From a virus (lineage: Duplodnaviria > Caudoviricetes), in IMG/VR virus record IMGVR_UViG_3300037963_003681, positions 1-61,141 of that record: a DNA stretch of 61,141 nucleotides. The stretch is one strand, 5' to 3'. The translations under genes and the position numbers were made by a program. Shown one piece after another: positions 9,990 through 20,864 of the stretch. The notes beneath the pieces were generated by a model. That model saw only the letters and a list, made by a program, of their open reading frames with translations, was not told where the DNA came from and did not search any database. How positions within the stretch are numbered: position 1 is the stretch's first letter; every line of letters begins with the position of its first letter.

Positions 9990-10964
9990 TTATATGATGG
10001 TTTCAGACGTTATTCTAATTGTACACCAATGCAAATTTTTATTTAGACTTTCCATATCCAAAATAGCCAAATTTTTGATATAAGTCTTATTCCAAAAGTA
10101 TTTATCAACTAAATCGTAATACATTAATCCCGTAGGATTTTTAGCTCCTCTGTAATCTATAGGGCTAACGCCACTATTGACAACTTTTTGTATATCATAC
10201 AAGTCTATGTTCATTTCTTTTTGTAGTCTAATTATATCCGTAATTCTATTTTTATCTGCTGCATTTTCAGTAAAAACATGCAGTAAAATGTCCTGTCCAA
10301 CATTATGTGTAAGACTACCTATTTGCCAGGGTTCCGCATAACTTCGAGCAATAGGCTCTATGATAATGCAGGGCATCTGAACTCTATGATTTGCAGATAA
10401 ATTATACTCACCTTTATTTGTTTGATTAATTTGTGGACTAGGCTGATAAGTTAATTCTTGTAATTCTTTCCAGTATGGATTAGTACTACTTTTATAAACT
10501 TGACACCATCTGTAAGAATAATCAAGCTGTACCTTGCTACTTTTAGATATAGCCTTATCAAAAACTACCTGTCCCAGTGGGTAATTAATATAATAACCCG
10601 TATTAGCAACTCCTGTAGGGCCTGGAACATGGGTTCCATTGACACTTACTCCAGAGATACTATTAGGCGTATTATTGTCATTTACTCCATCAAAATAATA
10701 AAAACCACTCTCCCAAACCCAATCTTTTTTAGGAGATTGCCAAACTTGTCCTACTTTATATCCGGGAGTATCTGTGGTTTTAAGTTCGTGAAATGTACCA
10801 CCGTATAGACCACTAGAGGGTATATTGACATTAACAAACCCACCGATATTAAGAAAGCCCCAATCTAAGAAAGCTTTCATATTTTCTTCTAATTCGTTAA
10901 TTAGTGTGTTTTCTGTTAATCTGGCAACTTTATTAAAAACAGAATATTGCGGTAGGCTACTCAT
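9990..10964 (-). CDS. Putative tail terminator/neck protein (324 aa)
   Basis: Immediately precedes the tube gene; the C-terminal MPCIIIE...QDILLHVFTENAADKNRITDII segment resembles a tail-terminator fold. Mostly synteny. Confidence 0.5.
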   Translation of the reverse strand: MSSLPQYSVFNKVARLTENTLINELEENMKAFLDWGFLNIGGFVNVNIPSSGLYGGTFHELKTTDTPGYKVGQVWQSPKKDWVWESGFYYFDGVNDNNTPNSISGVSVNGTHVPGPTGVANTGYYINYPLGQVVFDKAISKSSKVQLDYSYRWCQVYKSSTNPYWKELQELTYQPSPQINQTNKGEYNLSANHRVQMPCIIIEPIARSYAEPWQIGSLTHNVGQDILLHVFTENAADKNRITDIIRLQKEMNIDLYDIQKVVNSGVSPIDYRGAKNPTGLMYYDLVDKYFWNKTYIKNLAILDMESLNKNLHWCTIRITSETII

Positions 10965-11617
10965 AGACTTCTCTCCAATTCAGACTGCATCATTGTTTCT
11001 ATTTTAGAATCTAACTGACTAATAGCTCTATACACCCAATTATTGTCAGCAACACCAACATACTTAGCTGGCATACGCCAATTTTTGGGCGATTTAATCA
11101 TAACAGCATTTCCTGTTCTAGATCTCTTACTTGGTCCTATTTTTATGGTATAATCTCTAACTAAAATATCTCCACCTCCTAATAATAACCAGTATAGCCA
11201 CGGTATCGCAGAACCCGTTTTTTTATCTATTATAGTAGCTTGATCCATACCTAATACATCAGAATAGTCTTGTTTAATCATACCTATAGATATACCACCA
11301 TTTAATGCAGAACCGGTTGGTACTACTCTTTTAACTGTAACTTCTACATTATTGACCCACGCATCAACTATGGCATTAACTCGCGCTGCAGGATTAGGAA
11401 TACCTAGCTCATCTTTTAACTGACCTCTTAAAAGAGATTGATATTCTCCTTCACTTTGAATAGCTTCTTTGACAATTGATTGTAGTTGTTTTTTTATTCT
11501 TTCTGATGCTTTAGTAAATCCACGATTGATTTCTACAGCTAAAGATTGTAGAATTTTTTGTTGTATATCTGTATTTGAATTTAAAAGCTTTAAGCTTATA
11601 TTCATGATTTTTGCCAC
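10961..11617 (-). CDS. Putative neck/tail-completion protein (218 aa)
   Basis: Lies between head-closure-like and terminator-like genes; helical N-terminus and NNWVYRAI C-terminal motif. Confidence 0.45.
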   Translation of the reverse strand: MAKIMNISLKLLNSNTDIQQKILQSLAVEINRGFTKASERIKKQLQSIVKEAIQSEGEYQSLLRGQLKDELGIPNPAARVNAIVDAWVNNVEVTVKRVVPTGSALNGGISIGMIKQDYSDVLGMDQATIIDKKTGSAIPWLYWLLLGGGDILVRDYTIKIGPSKRSRTGNAVMIKSPKNWRMPAKYVGVADNNWVYRAISQLDSKIETMMQSELERSL

Positions 11618-12120
11618 ATAGTAATAATATAATCATTAGAACCTAAACCTACTGGATTAGGCTCACCCGCTCTAGAATATCTGTAATTACCATAAGTTGA
11701 AATATTATTATCAATAATCATATTTTTACAATTTTTAAGTTTAGGTAGTAATGTAATAGAGCATATGCTTTGTACCATACCATCAGATATATTGATGGAA
11801 TCTGAACCCCAATTCATCCAATATTTACTATCAAAAATAATAGCTAGATTGACAATTTCATCTTTAGAACTATCAATAAAACCAAATCCATTACATACTG
11901 GACATATTGTTTCGTGAGCAAAATAAACATGGGGATTAGGCTTAGGTTTATTGGCTGATCTTTGTGTTATAGGATCAAACTCACAATTATAACATAAATC
12001 TCTTTTTATAGATTCAAATTCTAGAGTACATGGTACAGTTAGGGCGTTGGCTGCCAATAGCGTATCTATAGAATCTTTAAATAGTTTTTTAAATTCAGGA
12101 GTAATTACTTTATCAAACAT
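11602..12120 (-). CDS. Putative head-closure protein with Zn-finger insert (172 aa)
   Basis: CYNC...CPVC pair; GAGG RBS; synteny. Confidence 0.45.
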   Translation of the reverse strand: MFDKVITPEFKKLFKDSIDTLLAANALTVPCTLEFESIKRDLCYNCEFDPITQRSANKPKPNPHVYFAHETICPVCNGFGFIDSSKDEIVNLAIIFDSKYWMNWGSDSINISDGMVQSICSITLLPKLKNCKNMIIDNNISTYGNYRYSRAGEPNPVGLGSNDYIITMWQKS

Positions 12121-12140
12121 TTTATACCTCTATTTTATTA

Positions 12141-15100
12141 TTAATAACCGCCACCATAACCACCACCTCCACCACCTCCACCTCCATCAGCAGATTGGTA
12201 AATGGTAATAGTTTGAGTGTCGGTCACAGTAGATGATGCGGAAACGGAAGAAGCTTGTACTGTTACGATTACAGTCTGATCAGTGTCGGTATCTAAGTCT
12301 GTTGTTGTAAGTGTTGTAGTAGAACCGCTTGAACTTGATAATGCTGTGCCAGCTACAGAATTTATACTCCAAGCATAAACTACATCACTAGCAGTACCAA
12401 CATAACTAGCACTTAATGCAACATTCGATCCACCATTTACAGTAGTATTAGAGCTTATAGTAACTGATGTAAGTGTTGGTGTGCTAGAATCAGAGCTTTG
12501 TACAACAGTAATGGTCTTTGTTGTACTTACGCTAGTTCCAGCAGAAGCAGACGTTCCTGTTAAAGTTACGGTAACGGTTTGATCTGTATCTGTATCTAAA
12601 TCAGTAGTATTAAGAGTTGTAGATGATCCTGTAGCACTGGAAAGCGTTACACCTGTAGCAGAGCTAACGCTCCATGAATATGTGACATCTGTAGCGGTAC
12701 CTGCTTTAGAGGCCGTAAGGGTTAAACCAGAACCGCCTGTGACCGTAGATAAAGATAAAATATTTACATGAGTTAATGTAGGAGTTGGAGAGGTGCAAGA
12801 ATTATCGTATATTAAGTTATCTTGACCTCCCATATAGCCATGATAGTAACATTCATAAGAGGTAGTACTAAAGTCTCCACTAAAGATACCTGTCACACTA
12901 CCATAATAGAAAGTATAAGTATTACCATCTAAAGCCGCCTTGCTACCAACGGATGTAGTACCTGAGTATGCTATAGGTTTACTATTATTGTGGAAAGCTA
13001 TAGGATGATTAGATGGGACGTTGTTCAATACATAAGTTCCTGTATTAGCCTTAAATCTGTAAGAACTACTAGAATTACCATCAAAGACATATTTGTTACC
13101 ATCTCCTGTATTGGCTACAGTAACATCTATACTTCCATCTAAACATACGTCTGTTTTAGCAGGAGTAAGGGAATCGCAATCGTAGTTACCATGATAATGT
13201 TGCGACAATCCGTTAGGCATCCAATATACTACACTTAATACTGTGTGCTGGTGTGATGTTCCGTTGCCGTTTGGATCCCTATTAGAATCATATTCTGATG
13301 AATACAATGGATAATATCCATTAACGCAAACAGGCGATTCTGAATGATCGAGAAGGAATGATGTAGTTGCAGTCAATGTGTTGAAAGCACTATCAGATTT
13401 CACAGTTAAAGATATGTTGACATTCTCATCATTTCTTTGGGCTATGTTAGTAGTCCCTATAGGATAGAATGTGCCAGTATTTGTTCCTGATCCAGAAGCA
13501 TACGGGCTACCTATAATACTCCAAGTATATTCAAGATCAGTAGCTGTACCTACTGTGGTGCTACCCAATATCAAACCAGAGCCAGCTAGTAGCGAAGAAA
13601 CACCTGAGGTTATATTCAAACTAGTAAATGTAGTACCCTCTAATATATTGATTGTATATGCTTTTTCAAAGAATCTATTTGTTTGATCTGTAGTTCTCAA
13701 CCTAATATTGTGTGTAGGTTTAATGCCGTGACTAAGGATAGAATTAGTACGTAATTCGTTATTGACAATAGTAAAGTTGCTGTTGTCTGTATCATTTGTT
13801 CCTGTGACCAAACTGTATGTAAATGTGTCATTGTTGTTAGAGTCGGTTGTACTTAATGTACCAAGAATAGTTCCAACTGGAGCCTTTTCACTAATCGAAG
13901 TTGTGGATAGCGTAAGATCTGTTGGTGCAGTAGGATGAACAAATGGGACTCCATTAGGCATGTAGTATAATTGAGCGTTAATAGTATGTGTATGATACGT
14001 GCCATCTCCACCATTTAATAAACCGTAAGTACTAGCTGAATTAGCATCTAAGAAGACAGGGAAGTATCCATCAACAGTTAATGGTACTAACGATGGTGTT
14101 ATATCTTGACTGACCTTTTGTTGCTTAGAAAATGGACCCATGATATATGGATATTCAGGAACAACTAAACCACTACTAGTAAAAGTTAAATAGTACGCAT
14201 AGGTACCTTTCGGATATTCAGGTGTAACAGAATATCTACCATTGTATTGGTCTAATAAACCAGAGCCTTCAGCGTATTCGTAATCTTGAATAAATGCACC
14301 TGCAGTTAAATTATATGCAACATCATTAACAGAAATAGCATTTGTATACTTCCAATCTGCGGGTCTGTGTTCATCAGTAGGTTTGGTAATATATGAACTA
14401 GTCATTAAAGTACATGGCGATGAAGTATTTTCAGAATTTTCGTATCCAAAAGGACCATATATAGGATATCCATCAAAACTAAAACCTATAATTTTAGAAT
14501 GACCATTTGAATGTCTAAAGTAATCTCCATTAAAGTTACTACCGCTGTAATAAGGATTACTATTATAGACCTTGCTATCATCCCAACATCTTGTTAGAAA
14601 CTTACCATTATAGTACGCATATTTACTATCTTGATTTACATAACCTCCACAATCATCCATTTTGAAAAATGAACTGAAATGAGTCCTATTATATGTAAAG
14701 CCTGAAGGTGCAGCATAAACTCCTACTGCCTCCCCTGAAGCTCCGGGATTAGAAAATAATACTCCATTATTAAAGACGCCATTAAAACCTGTGTTAGCTG
14801 CTTCTGGAGATGATGTATTTGTAGCTCCTCTATATTGTAATTTAAAATTATATTCTTGATCTGCTATGGTATAATCATTAAAAAATGCACCTCTAGATGT
14901 AGAGCCATCATTAATTAAAGAAGAACCAGCTTTGGCTGGATAAGGATCTCCATCACTAGTAATAATTAAATTAGTTCCAGAAAAATATATGCTAGTTGTA
15001 CTATCATATGCTCCATCTATATTAGATATTTCTAGTCCGTCAGCAGTAAACCACACTTCATCAGGTAGAGCTATTCTTTTCCAGCTATTAAAATCAACGC

Positions 15101-16496
15101 ATAAATACACATAGTTTTCATCATAATAAACATCTCCAGCCCTGCCTCGTGTAGATGGACTATGTAAAGTTCCTGTAGTAAAAGGAGAAAATACTTTATC
15201 TAAACTAAATGTAAGAGATTTAAAACTATTGTTATATTCAAGTGTTATACCTCCAGTGCCAATAATATTTATTTTTTCATTATTACTTAGATTACAACTA
15301 ACTTGAGGTGTATCAGCATTAACAGGTGAATTACCAATGATCAGATTAACTGCTGATGGAGCAGGAAAATCTATAGAATCATTATCTACTTTCACATAAC
15401 CTAAATTATTCCACCTTGTGGTATTATCACCTATTTTTAATAATCTAGTATCTGTTTCATAGGCAGCTTCTCCTATAGCTAAAATAGGATTAATTCCTGT
15501 CCAATTAGCAGCAGTATCTCTTCTAATCCTAATACGTGTATAGTTAGCATGATTGAAGTCTAGAGGAGTAACAAATATTGGCTTTTCTGGAATGACTATA
15601 TTACTATCATCAGAAAATGGTCCAGTTCCCGCTCCATTGGTTGCTGCCACCCTAAAATAATATTGGTTATCATTTACCAAATTATTAACAATAGTGCTAG
15701 TACCAGTAATCGCTGTGCTAAATTGCGTCCATCCAGTATTAGCAGTATTGTCGTAGTATTCTACTGTGTACTTAGTAACGTCGTGTCCACCATTATCTAT
15801 TGGTGGTTGCCATGTTAATGTAGCGTAGGCATCTGCACCACTAGCTACAGGCAATAATGGCTTAGACGGAGGAACAGCATAATATGATATTACTGCTGAA
15901 TCAAAAGACATCGCCCTAAGTGTTTGTGTCCTTGTTGGTGCTTTAAATACTAAATAGAAATAATCGTTTGAACTATAGACTTCAGAAAAAACTAAACCAC
16001 TAACCGGCTCTGTTAAATCTAATTGTGTTCTAAAGTCTGGGTCACCTAAGAAATTTTTTGAAGTAGTACCTCCAAAATCATATACTGGAGTCTCAAAGAA
16101 TTGTGTTTCTATAAAATGTCCCTGACTAAAAGAAGGTACAAAATTAAAATTAGTACCAACTATGCCGCTAACATCTTGATTATAGCCAGAAATATTTTCA
16201 AATGAAATATTAAGATTAAAAGAACGTAGACTATCCTTAGGAATACCGGGTTGAAATTCTAGTACAGTCGCATAATCTCCAACTGTTTTTTGGGTAATAC
16301 CATGCTCAATTCCAGTGCCAGCATAATATCCAATCCAAGAAGGTAAAAAAGCACCTCCAGAAAGTGGACTACCTATGTCTGCGATTGGGGTTCCGTCACC
16401 AGCCTGCAATTCCGTAACATTGACTTCATAAATGTGAAAAGCATCAACACCATCTACAGGATAGTTTTGAAGAGTTTTAGATAGTATTATACTCAT
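12141..16496 (-). CDS. Multidomain virion fibre/adhesin (1451 aa): FN3, Mtd_N-like, YHYH-like, cadherin-like, His-rich repeats, cupredoxin-like, Ig/PKD-like repeats
   Basis: FN3 (LTWQPPIDNGG...YYFRVAATNGAGTGPFS); RIRIRRDTAANWTGINPILAIGEAAYETDT; GHSKIIGFSFDGYPIYGP...LDQYNGRYSVTPEYPKGTYAYY; LSTTSISEKAPVGT...FTYSLV...IRLRTTD; HPIAF...CYYHGYM; ends GGGGGGGGYGGGY. Confidence 0.85.
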   Translation of the reverse strand: MSIILSKTLQNYPVDGVDAFHIYEVNVTELQAGDGTPIADIGSPLSGGAFLPSWIGYYAGTGIEHGITQKTVGDYATVLEFQPGIPKDSLRSFNLNISFENISGYNQDVSGIVGTNFNFVPSFSQGHFIETQFFETPVYDFGGTTSKNFLGDPDFRTQLDLTEPVSGLVFSEVYSSNDYFYLVFKAPTRTQTLRAMSFDSAVISYYAVPPSKPLLPVASGADAYATLTWQPPIDNGGHDVTKYTVEYYDNTANTGWTQFSTAITGTSTIVNNLVNDNQYYFRVAATNGAGTGPFSDDSNIVIPEKPIFVTPLDFNHANYTRIRIRRDTAANWTGINPILAIGEAAYETDTRLLKIGDNTTRWNNLGYVKVDNDSIDFPAPSAVNLIIGNSPVNADTPQVSCNLSNNEKINIIGTGGITLEYNNSFKSLTFSLDKVFSPFTTGTLHSPSTRGRAGDVYYDENYVYLCVDFNSWKRIALPDEVWFTADGLEISNIDGAYDSTTSIYFSGTNLIITSDGDPYPAKAGSSLINDGSTSRGAFFNDYTIADQEYNFKLQYRGATNTSSPEAANTGFNGVFNNGVLFSNPGASGEAVGVYAAPSGFTYNRTHFSSFFKMDDCGGYVNQDSKYAYYNGKFLTRCWDDSKVYNSNPYYSGSNFNGDYFRHSNGHSKIIGFSFDGYPIYGPFGYENSENTSSPCTLMTSSYITKPTDEHRPADWKYTNAISVNDVAYNLTAGAFIQDYEYAEGSGLLDQYNGRYSVTPEYPKGTYAYYLTFTSSGLVVPEYPYIMGPFSKQQKVSQDITPSLVPLTVDGYFPVFLDANSASTYGLLNGGDGTYHTHTINAQLYYMPNGVPFVHPTAPTDLTLSTTSISEKAPVGTILGTLSTTDSNNNDTFTYSLVTGTNDTDNSNFTIVNNELRTNSILSHGIKPTHNIRLRTTDQTNRFFEKAYTINILEGTTFTSLNITSGVSSLLAGSGLILGSTTVGTATDLEYTWSIIGSPYASGSGTNTGTFYPIGTTNIAQRNDENVNISLTVKSDSAFNTLTATTSFLLDHSESPVCVNGYYPLYSSEYDSNRDPNGNGTSHQHTVLSVVYWMPNGLSQHYHGNYDCDSLTPAKTDVCLDGSIDVTVANTGDGNKYVFDGNSSSSYRFKANTGTYVLNNVPSNHPIAFHNNSKPIAYSGTTSVGSKAALDGNTYTFYYGSVTGIFSGDFSTTSYECYYHGYMGGQDNLIYDNSCTSPTPTLTHVNILSLSTVTGGSGLTLTASKAGTATDVTYSWSVSSATGVTLSSATGSSTTLNTTDLDTDTDQTVTVTLTGTSASAGTSVSTTKTITVVQSSDSSTPTLTSVTISSNTTVNGGSNVALSASYVGTASDVVYAWSINSVAGTALSSSSGSTTTLTTTDLDTDTDQTVIVTVQASSVSASSTVTDTQTITIYQSADGGGGGGGGGYGGGY

Positions 16497-19129
16497 AGTT
16501 TTTTAACTCCCAACAAAAATCCGTTAACATCATTTATCAATCCTGTAGTCCACGGTTGATTATCAGGATCATTGTATTGATAAAATTGATGAATCCTACC
16601 ATATCTAGTTTTCGTTAATGTTTGCACATCTCCTAATTCTATATAGTTATCTACTTCAGCCTTCATTTCTACAGGAGGTGGGAAATTTTCGACATATCTT
16701 AAAGAATTTCTATTAAGTCTCCAACCATCAATATAACCATTGCCTTCAATTGCCAAAGGAACTCTTGTATTAGTATTTTGATAAGTACTCAGTCCGTAAT
16801 TAGCTTTTACAGCAGCATAAGCACCAAAATTTTTGGCTAACTGTAGTGAATCTTCCCAATAAAATAATTCATTATTACCTGTTCTACCACCAGCAGCGGT
16901 TGTAGTTTCACCCCAGCTTGTATATTGATAGATATTACTTAGATGATTATTGTCTTTATCACGTATAGTTAAGCCATAATTAGTACCAGATTGTCCATCA
17001 AGAAATGCAATCAGACCAGTAGATGTCCTGCTCAATGCTATATGATGCCAGCCTAAATCACCAATACCAGTAGTAGGAAAAGACAGATCTAAAATTCCTG
17101 TAAATGAGTTATTTCCAGGACCATCATCTGGTTGAGAACTTGAAGTTTTATAGGTAAGTGCGCCTGTACTAACAATGAGGTCCCACGAATGTTCAAGATA
17201 AACGGCAGCGTCTTGAAAATAAGTGAAACTGTCACTTCCGTGTCTATAACTTTTAGAAGCTATGGTGATTGTATCATTTAAACCTGAAAACTGAACCCAA
17301 GCTTCAAGAGTAAAATCCAAAGGATTAGGAGAACCAACATTGTCAGAATTACCATAAAATCCTCCGTTGCGAGCATTAAAATCAATATTCTTTGTCATAG
17401 AAATATCAAAATTACGTACAAATTCTCCACTATTAATTTTGAAACTACGAAAACCTATTCTAGCTTGTTCAGTAACAAACTCTCCACTTTTTTGGAATTC
17501 AAATTTATTGCGAGTCCTATCAAAAAACGGGTCAGTGTTCTCTTCAAAACTTAAAAACGCTACGATACCAGTACTTAAAACATCTGCATTTCCTGTATTC
17601 ATAACAGGTATATATCTTGTATCTAAAAATTCTTTCTTAGCTTGAGCATAAAATTTGATACCTCCAATAGCATCTTGAATAGTACCTAAAGCATTTGATG
17701 CGACTTTGTCAGGAGTTCCATAATTTCTTGTGTATCTCTCATATGGTACAGCTGTAATGGCTCCACTAACAGATGTAGAAATTTTACCAGTATCACCATC
17801 TAAATTTTTAAGAGCTAGTCTAGCACTTGAGGTATTGGTTGACCATTCATTAAGACCAGAATTAACATAATCATCCGATAAGTTACCATCGATACCAGGA
17901 ACAAACGGAACTACTTTAGCATTTTTACCTAGAAAAGTACTAGTAGTACCAACATTATCCGATAATATAACATCATCAATAAGTGTCATACTGCCTTTAC
18001 CATAATAAATATTATCTAAATTATTACCTATATAATAGGCACTTGCATATTGTGGTTGAATTGTTTTAACATCTTCCCAATCCAAACTTCCATTGTAAGT
18101 TCTATTAAAAAATCTAATATTATCATAATTAAATCCACTAATATAAATTTTGTCTTCCCAATTGTCTTTATCTGAGACAGTATCATCTGTTGGTATTTTA
18201 AGCAGATCTACGTCTTCTAATTTAATTTGTAAATATGGCACCGCTCCTGTTCCAACAACACCAAATTGTAAATGGCACCATCTACTAATAGGACACAAAA
18301 CATTTTCTCTATAATAATTAATACCATCAAACTGATAATCCCAATGTTCAGCATCTACAGTTAATATTCTACCGGGCATGTTTCCGCTATTATTAGTAGA
18401 TCTAGTTCCAAAAACAGATCTTACTCTATAATTATTTAAATCGTTCGTGATATTCATATCAAAATGACCACTAACACCTTGTGTTTGTTCAACTTCAATA
18501 GCCATCGTCATTTTTTGATTTTCTAAGGTTTCAAGATGATTACCTGTAACTTTCACAGCATGTAAAATTAATCCTGTAACATTTCCGCTACAGAAAGCCA
18601 CTATAGGATGTTTACTGTCAAATCGACCATCTTTATCACTAGAAGCATAATTTGTATCTTTAGTTTCAAGACCTAATATGCGAGTAGTCAAAAATGTGCT
18701 ATCACCAGAAGGTCTATTGAAACCACTGAGTTGAACATATGTAATAGGAGCCAAAGCATTAGTGTCAGAAATATCTAAATTACTTAATGCAAGAAAACCT
18801 GGAGGTGCTCCAAATCCAGGATAACCATTTCCACTATGATTATAGCTCGTACCTGATACTAAAGAGGATCTATATATACCAGTAGGTAAAATACCATTGT
18901 TAGGAGAATAAAAATTATAATAACCAGGACCAAAACCATTTGTACTACCATCGTCATCATACTCAAAATTAGCATCAGGATAATTAGTTGAATTATGATT
19001 ATAGCTATATCCACCAAAAGAATACTTAGCATATTCCAGGGGTTGCCCAGGCTGATAACTCCAGTGATTTGGGTCTAAATCTTTAGTAATAGTACAACGG
19101 TCAAATCCGTCGAAAAATAATATTGACAT
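16493..19129 (-). CDS. Virion protein with concanavalin-A/LamG-like domain (878 aa)
   Basis: MSILFFDGFD start; DFTLEAWVQF...WHHIALSR...LIAFLDG...GYIDGWRL LamG signature. Confidence 0.8.
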   Translation of the reverse strand: MSILFFDGFDRCTITKDLDPNHWSYQPGQPLEYAKYSFGGYSYNHNSTNYPDANFEYDDDGSTNGFGPGYYNFYSPNNGILPTGIYRSSLVSGTSYNHSGNGYPGFGAPPGFLALSNLDISDTNALAPITYVQLSGFNRPSGDSTFLTTRILGLETKDTNYASSDKDGRFDSKHPIVAFCSGNVTGLILHAVKVTGNHLETLENQKMTMAIEVEQTQGVSGHFDMNITNDLNNYRVRSVFGTRSTNNSGNMPGRILTVDAEHWDYQFDGINYYRENVLCPISRWCHLQFGVVGTGAVPYLQIKLEDVDLLKIPTDDTVSDKDNWEDKIYISGFNYDNIRFFNRTYNGSLDWEDVKTIQPQYASAYYIGNNLDNIYYGKGSMTLIDDVILSDNVGTTSTFLGKNAKVVPFVPGIDGNLSDDYVNSGLNEWSTNTSSARLALKNLDGDTGKISTSVSGAITAVPYERYTRNYGTPDKVASNALGTIQDAIGGIKFYAQAKKEFLDTRYIPVMNTGNADVLSTGIVAFLSFEENTDPFFDRTRNKFEFQKSGEFVTEQARIGFRSFKINSGEFVRNFDISMTKNIDFNARNGGFYGNSDNVGSPNPLDFTLEAWVQFSGLNDTITIASKSYRHGSDSFTYFQDAAVYLEHSWDLIVSTGALTYKTSSSQPDDGPGNNSFTGILDLSFPTTGIGDLGWHHIALSRTSTGLIAFLDGQSGTNYGLTIRDKDNNHLSNIYQYTSWGETTTAAGGRTGNNELFYWEDSLQLAKNFGAYAAVKANYGLSTYQNTNTRVPLAIEGNGYIDGWRLNRNSLRYVENFPPPVEMKAEVDNYIELGDVQTLTKTRYGRIHQFYQYNDPDNQPWTTGLINDVNGFLLGVKKL

Positions 19130-19161
19130 TATATCTCCTTAATACCTTTAATATACCCCTT

Positions 19162-20853
19162 TTATGGAATAAACTCATTTGAAACAGATGCTGATGTAGC
19201 ACCAACAGAATAGCCTCCACAACCAGCACAATCCGCAGGTTCTGCATATTTTTCTGGAGTAAAGTTTCGAGCATATCTAGCCCTATCTGTAATCATTACA
19301 TCATCTATTTTACCTTTAAATGCATTATAGACCACGCCTCTTTCAGTATTGAATGTGTCAGAACTATCATAGTCCTTACGTTGTTCTGCTCCAATAACCA
19401 TATATTGACCTGTTACCATAACGCCATATGCTGCTGTCTTTTTATCTTTTTCTTCTCCATTAACATATAATCTTATCCTGTTATTAAATTTAGATACTGC
19501 TATATGACTAAATTCAGTAGTCGATAAGGTCAAGTTTTCTGTTTCAAGTGTAGTGGTCTGAGTGGTGCCTCCACCCTCGAATTCATCATCCGTTCTCCAC
19601 CCTTTAAATTCAAATTTGATTTTTTGTCCCTGACGATAAAGATTCCAGTTTGCAATGTTTGTTTCTGCGTAATTCTCTTCATCATAATGATAAGGATTAG
19701 CTGCCGAAATTAAACTTTGTGTACCATCATTAGCGCTGTTTGGTTTTATCCACATCTCAACAGTGAAGTCTCCAAGCAAAGACCAATTATCTAAAGTAGT
19801 ATTAAAATTTCTATCTACTTGTAGATGAGAACGAGTACCCGGTGTTGGTAGAGAATGATATACTCCATCAAATGCTAGGCTACCAGCCCCAAACTTTGAC
19901 TCAGAACTAACAGTAACACCTTCTAAAAATACAATATCCTTTTCTCTACAACTATGGTCTTTAAGAGATGTATAGATATCGGTAGTAGAATTAGGCTGTA
20001 AGAAAAATCTTATATCGCAATACGAATGTAGATCAGGACCAATAGGACTTAAAATATTAGTGTAACTATATTCCCCAGTACCCACAGCATTTACTGCAGC
20101 GACTCTAAAAATATATGGATGTCCATTAATTAAAGGATCCACATTTACACTATTGATTAAACCAATACCGCTAGATTGTTCTGTTAATAAAAATGTATCA
20201 CCTATAATTCTATTTTCTTCTTCTTCTAGTACTCTTCTGTGATCATACCTTTTGTAATTGCAAGTAGTTTTATAATGTTCTGATATCAAAGAAACAGCAG
20301 GACCAGGTTCAAATATTATATTGTTAGTATTTTCAGCAGTAATTTGGTCTCCATTTTCAGTAAAAGCAAAAATTGCAGTAGTATAGTTTTGAGAGTCTGT
20401 CAATATAAGATTGTCTTCATCTTCGGTTAATGTACGACTTAAAAAACAATCTGTATATTCTAAAATATAGGTTGTAAGAGGTGATCTACGAGGATTGGGT
20501 GTATTCCAAGTAAAGTCTATTCTTGAGTCTTCAATAGTAGTAGATAAAAATCTAGTAATTTCAGGTACTTCTGGAGGTGGATCATATGTTAATACGTCTA
20601 CAGCTTCATAGGTTACTGTGCCTAATGTGCTTAATTCACCCAAAGAAACAATATCAGCAGCTAAGTAAGTTACAGAAGGAATAGCTTGAGGTTCTGTAAA
20701 AGTAGCAACATCAGGAGCCAAATATGTAACACCAGCATCTCTGGAAGCCTCAGTAAACGTAGCAATATCTGAACACAAAAAAGATATTATTGCTTCTCTT
20801 ATTTCTGCTTCATCATATTGTGATGATATGCCTTGAAATGGTGGTAAAATCAT
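19162..20853 (-). CDS. Virion protein with FN3 and LamG domains (563 aa)
   Basis: YIFRVAAVNAVGTGEYS; SKFGAGSLAFDG...DFTVEMWIKP...HIAVSK...LYVNG...GKIDDVMIT..ARY. Confidence 0.82.
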   Translation of the reverse strand: MILPPFQGISSQYDEAEIREAIISFLCSDIATFTEASRDAGVTYLAPDVATFTEPQAIPSVTYLAADIVSLGELSTLGTVTYEAVDVLTYDPPPEVPEITRFLSTTIEDSRIDFTWNTPNPRRSPLTTYILEYTDCFLSRTLTEDEDNLILTDSQNYTTAIFAFTENGDQITAENTNNIIFEPGPAVSLISEHYKTTCNYKRYDHRRVLEEEENRIIGDTFLLTEQSSGIGLINSVNVDPLINGHPYIFRVAAVNAVGTGEYSYTNILSPIGPDLHSYCDIRFFLQPNSTTDIYTSLKDHSCREKDIVFLEGVTVSSESKFGAGSLAFDGVYHSLPTPGTRSHLQVDRNFNTTLDNWSLLGDFTVEMWIKPNSANDGTQSLISAANPYHYDEENYAETNIANWNLYRQGQKIKFEFKGWRTDDEFEGGGTTQTTTLETENLTLSTTEFSHIAVSKFNNRIRLYVNGEEKDKKTAAYGVMVTGQYMVIGAEQRKDYDSSDTFNTERGVVYNAFKGKIDDVMITDRARYARNFTPEKYAEPADCAGCGGYSVGATSASVSNEFIP

Positions 20854-20864
20854 GTTGATACATC

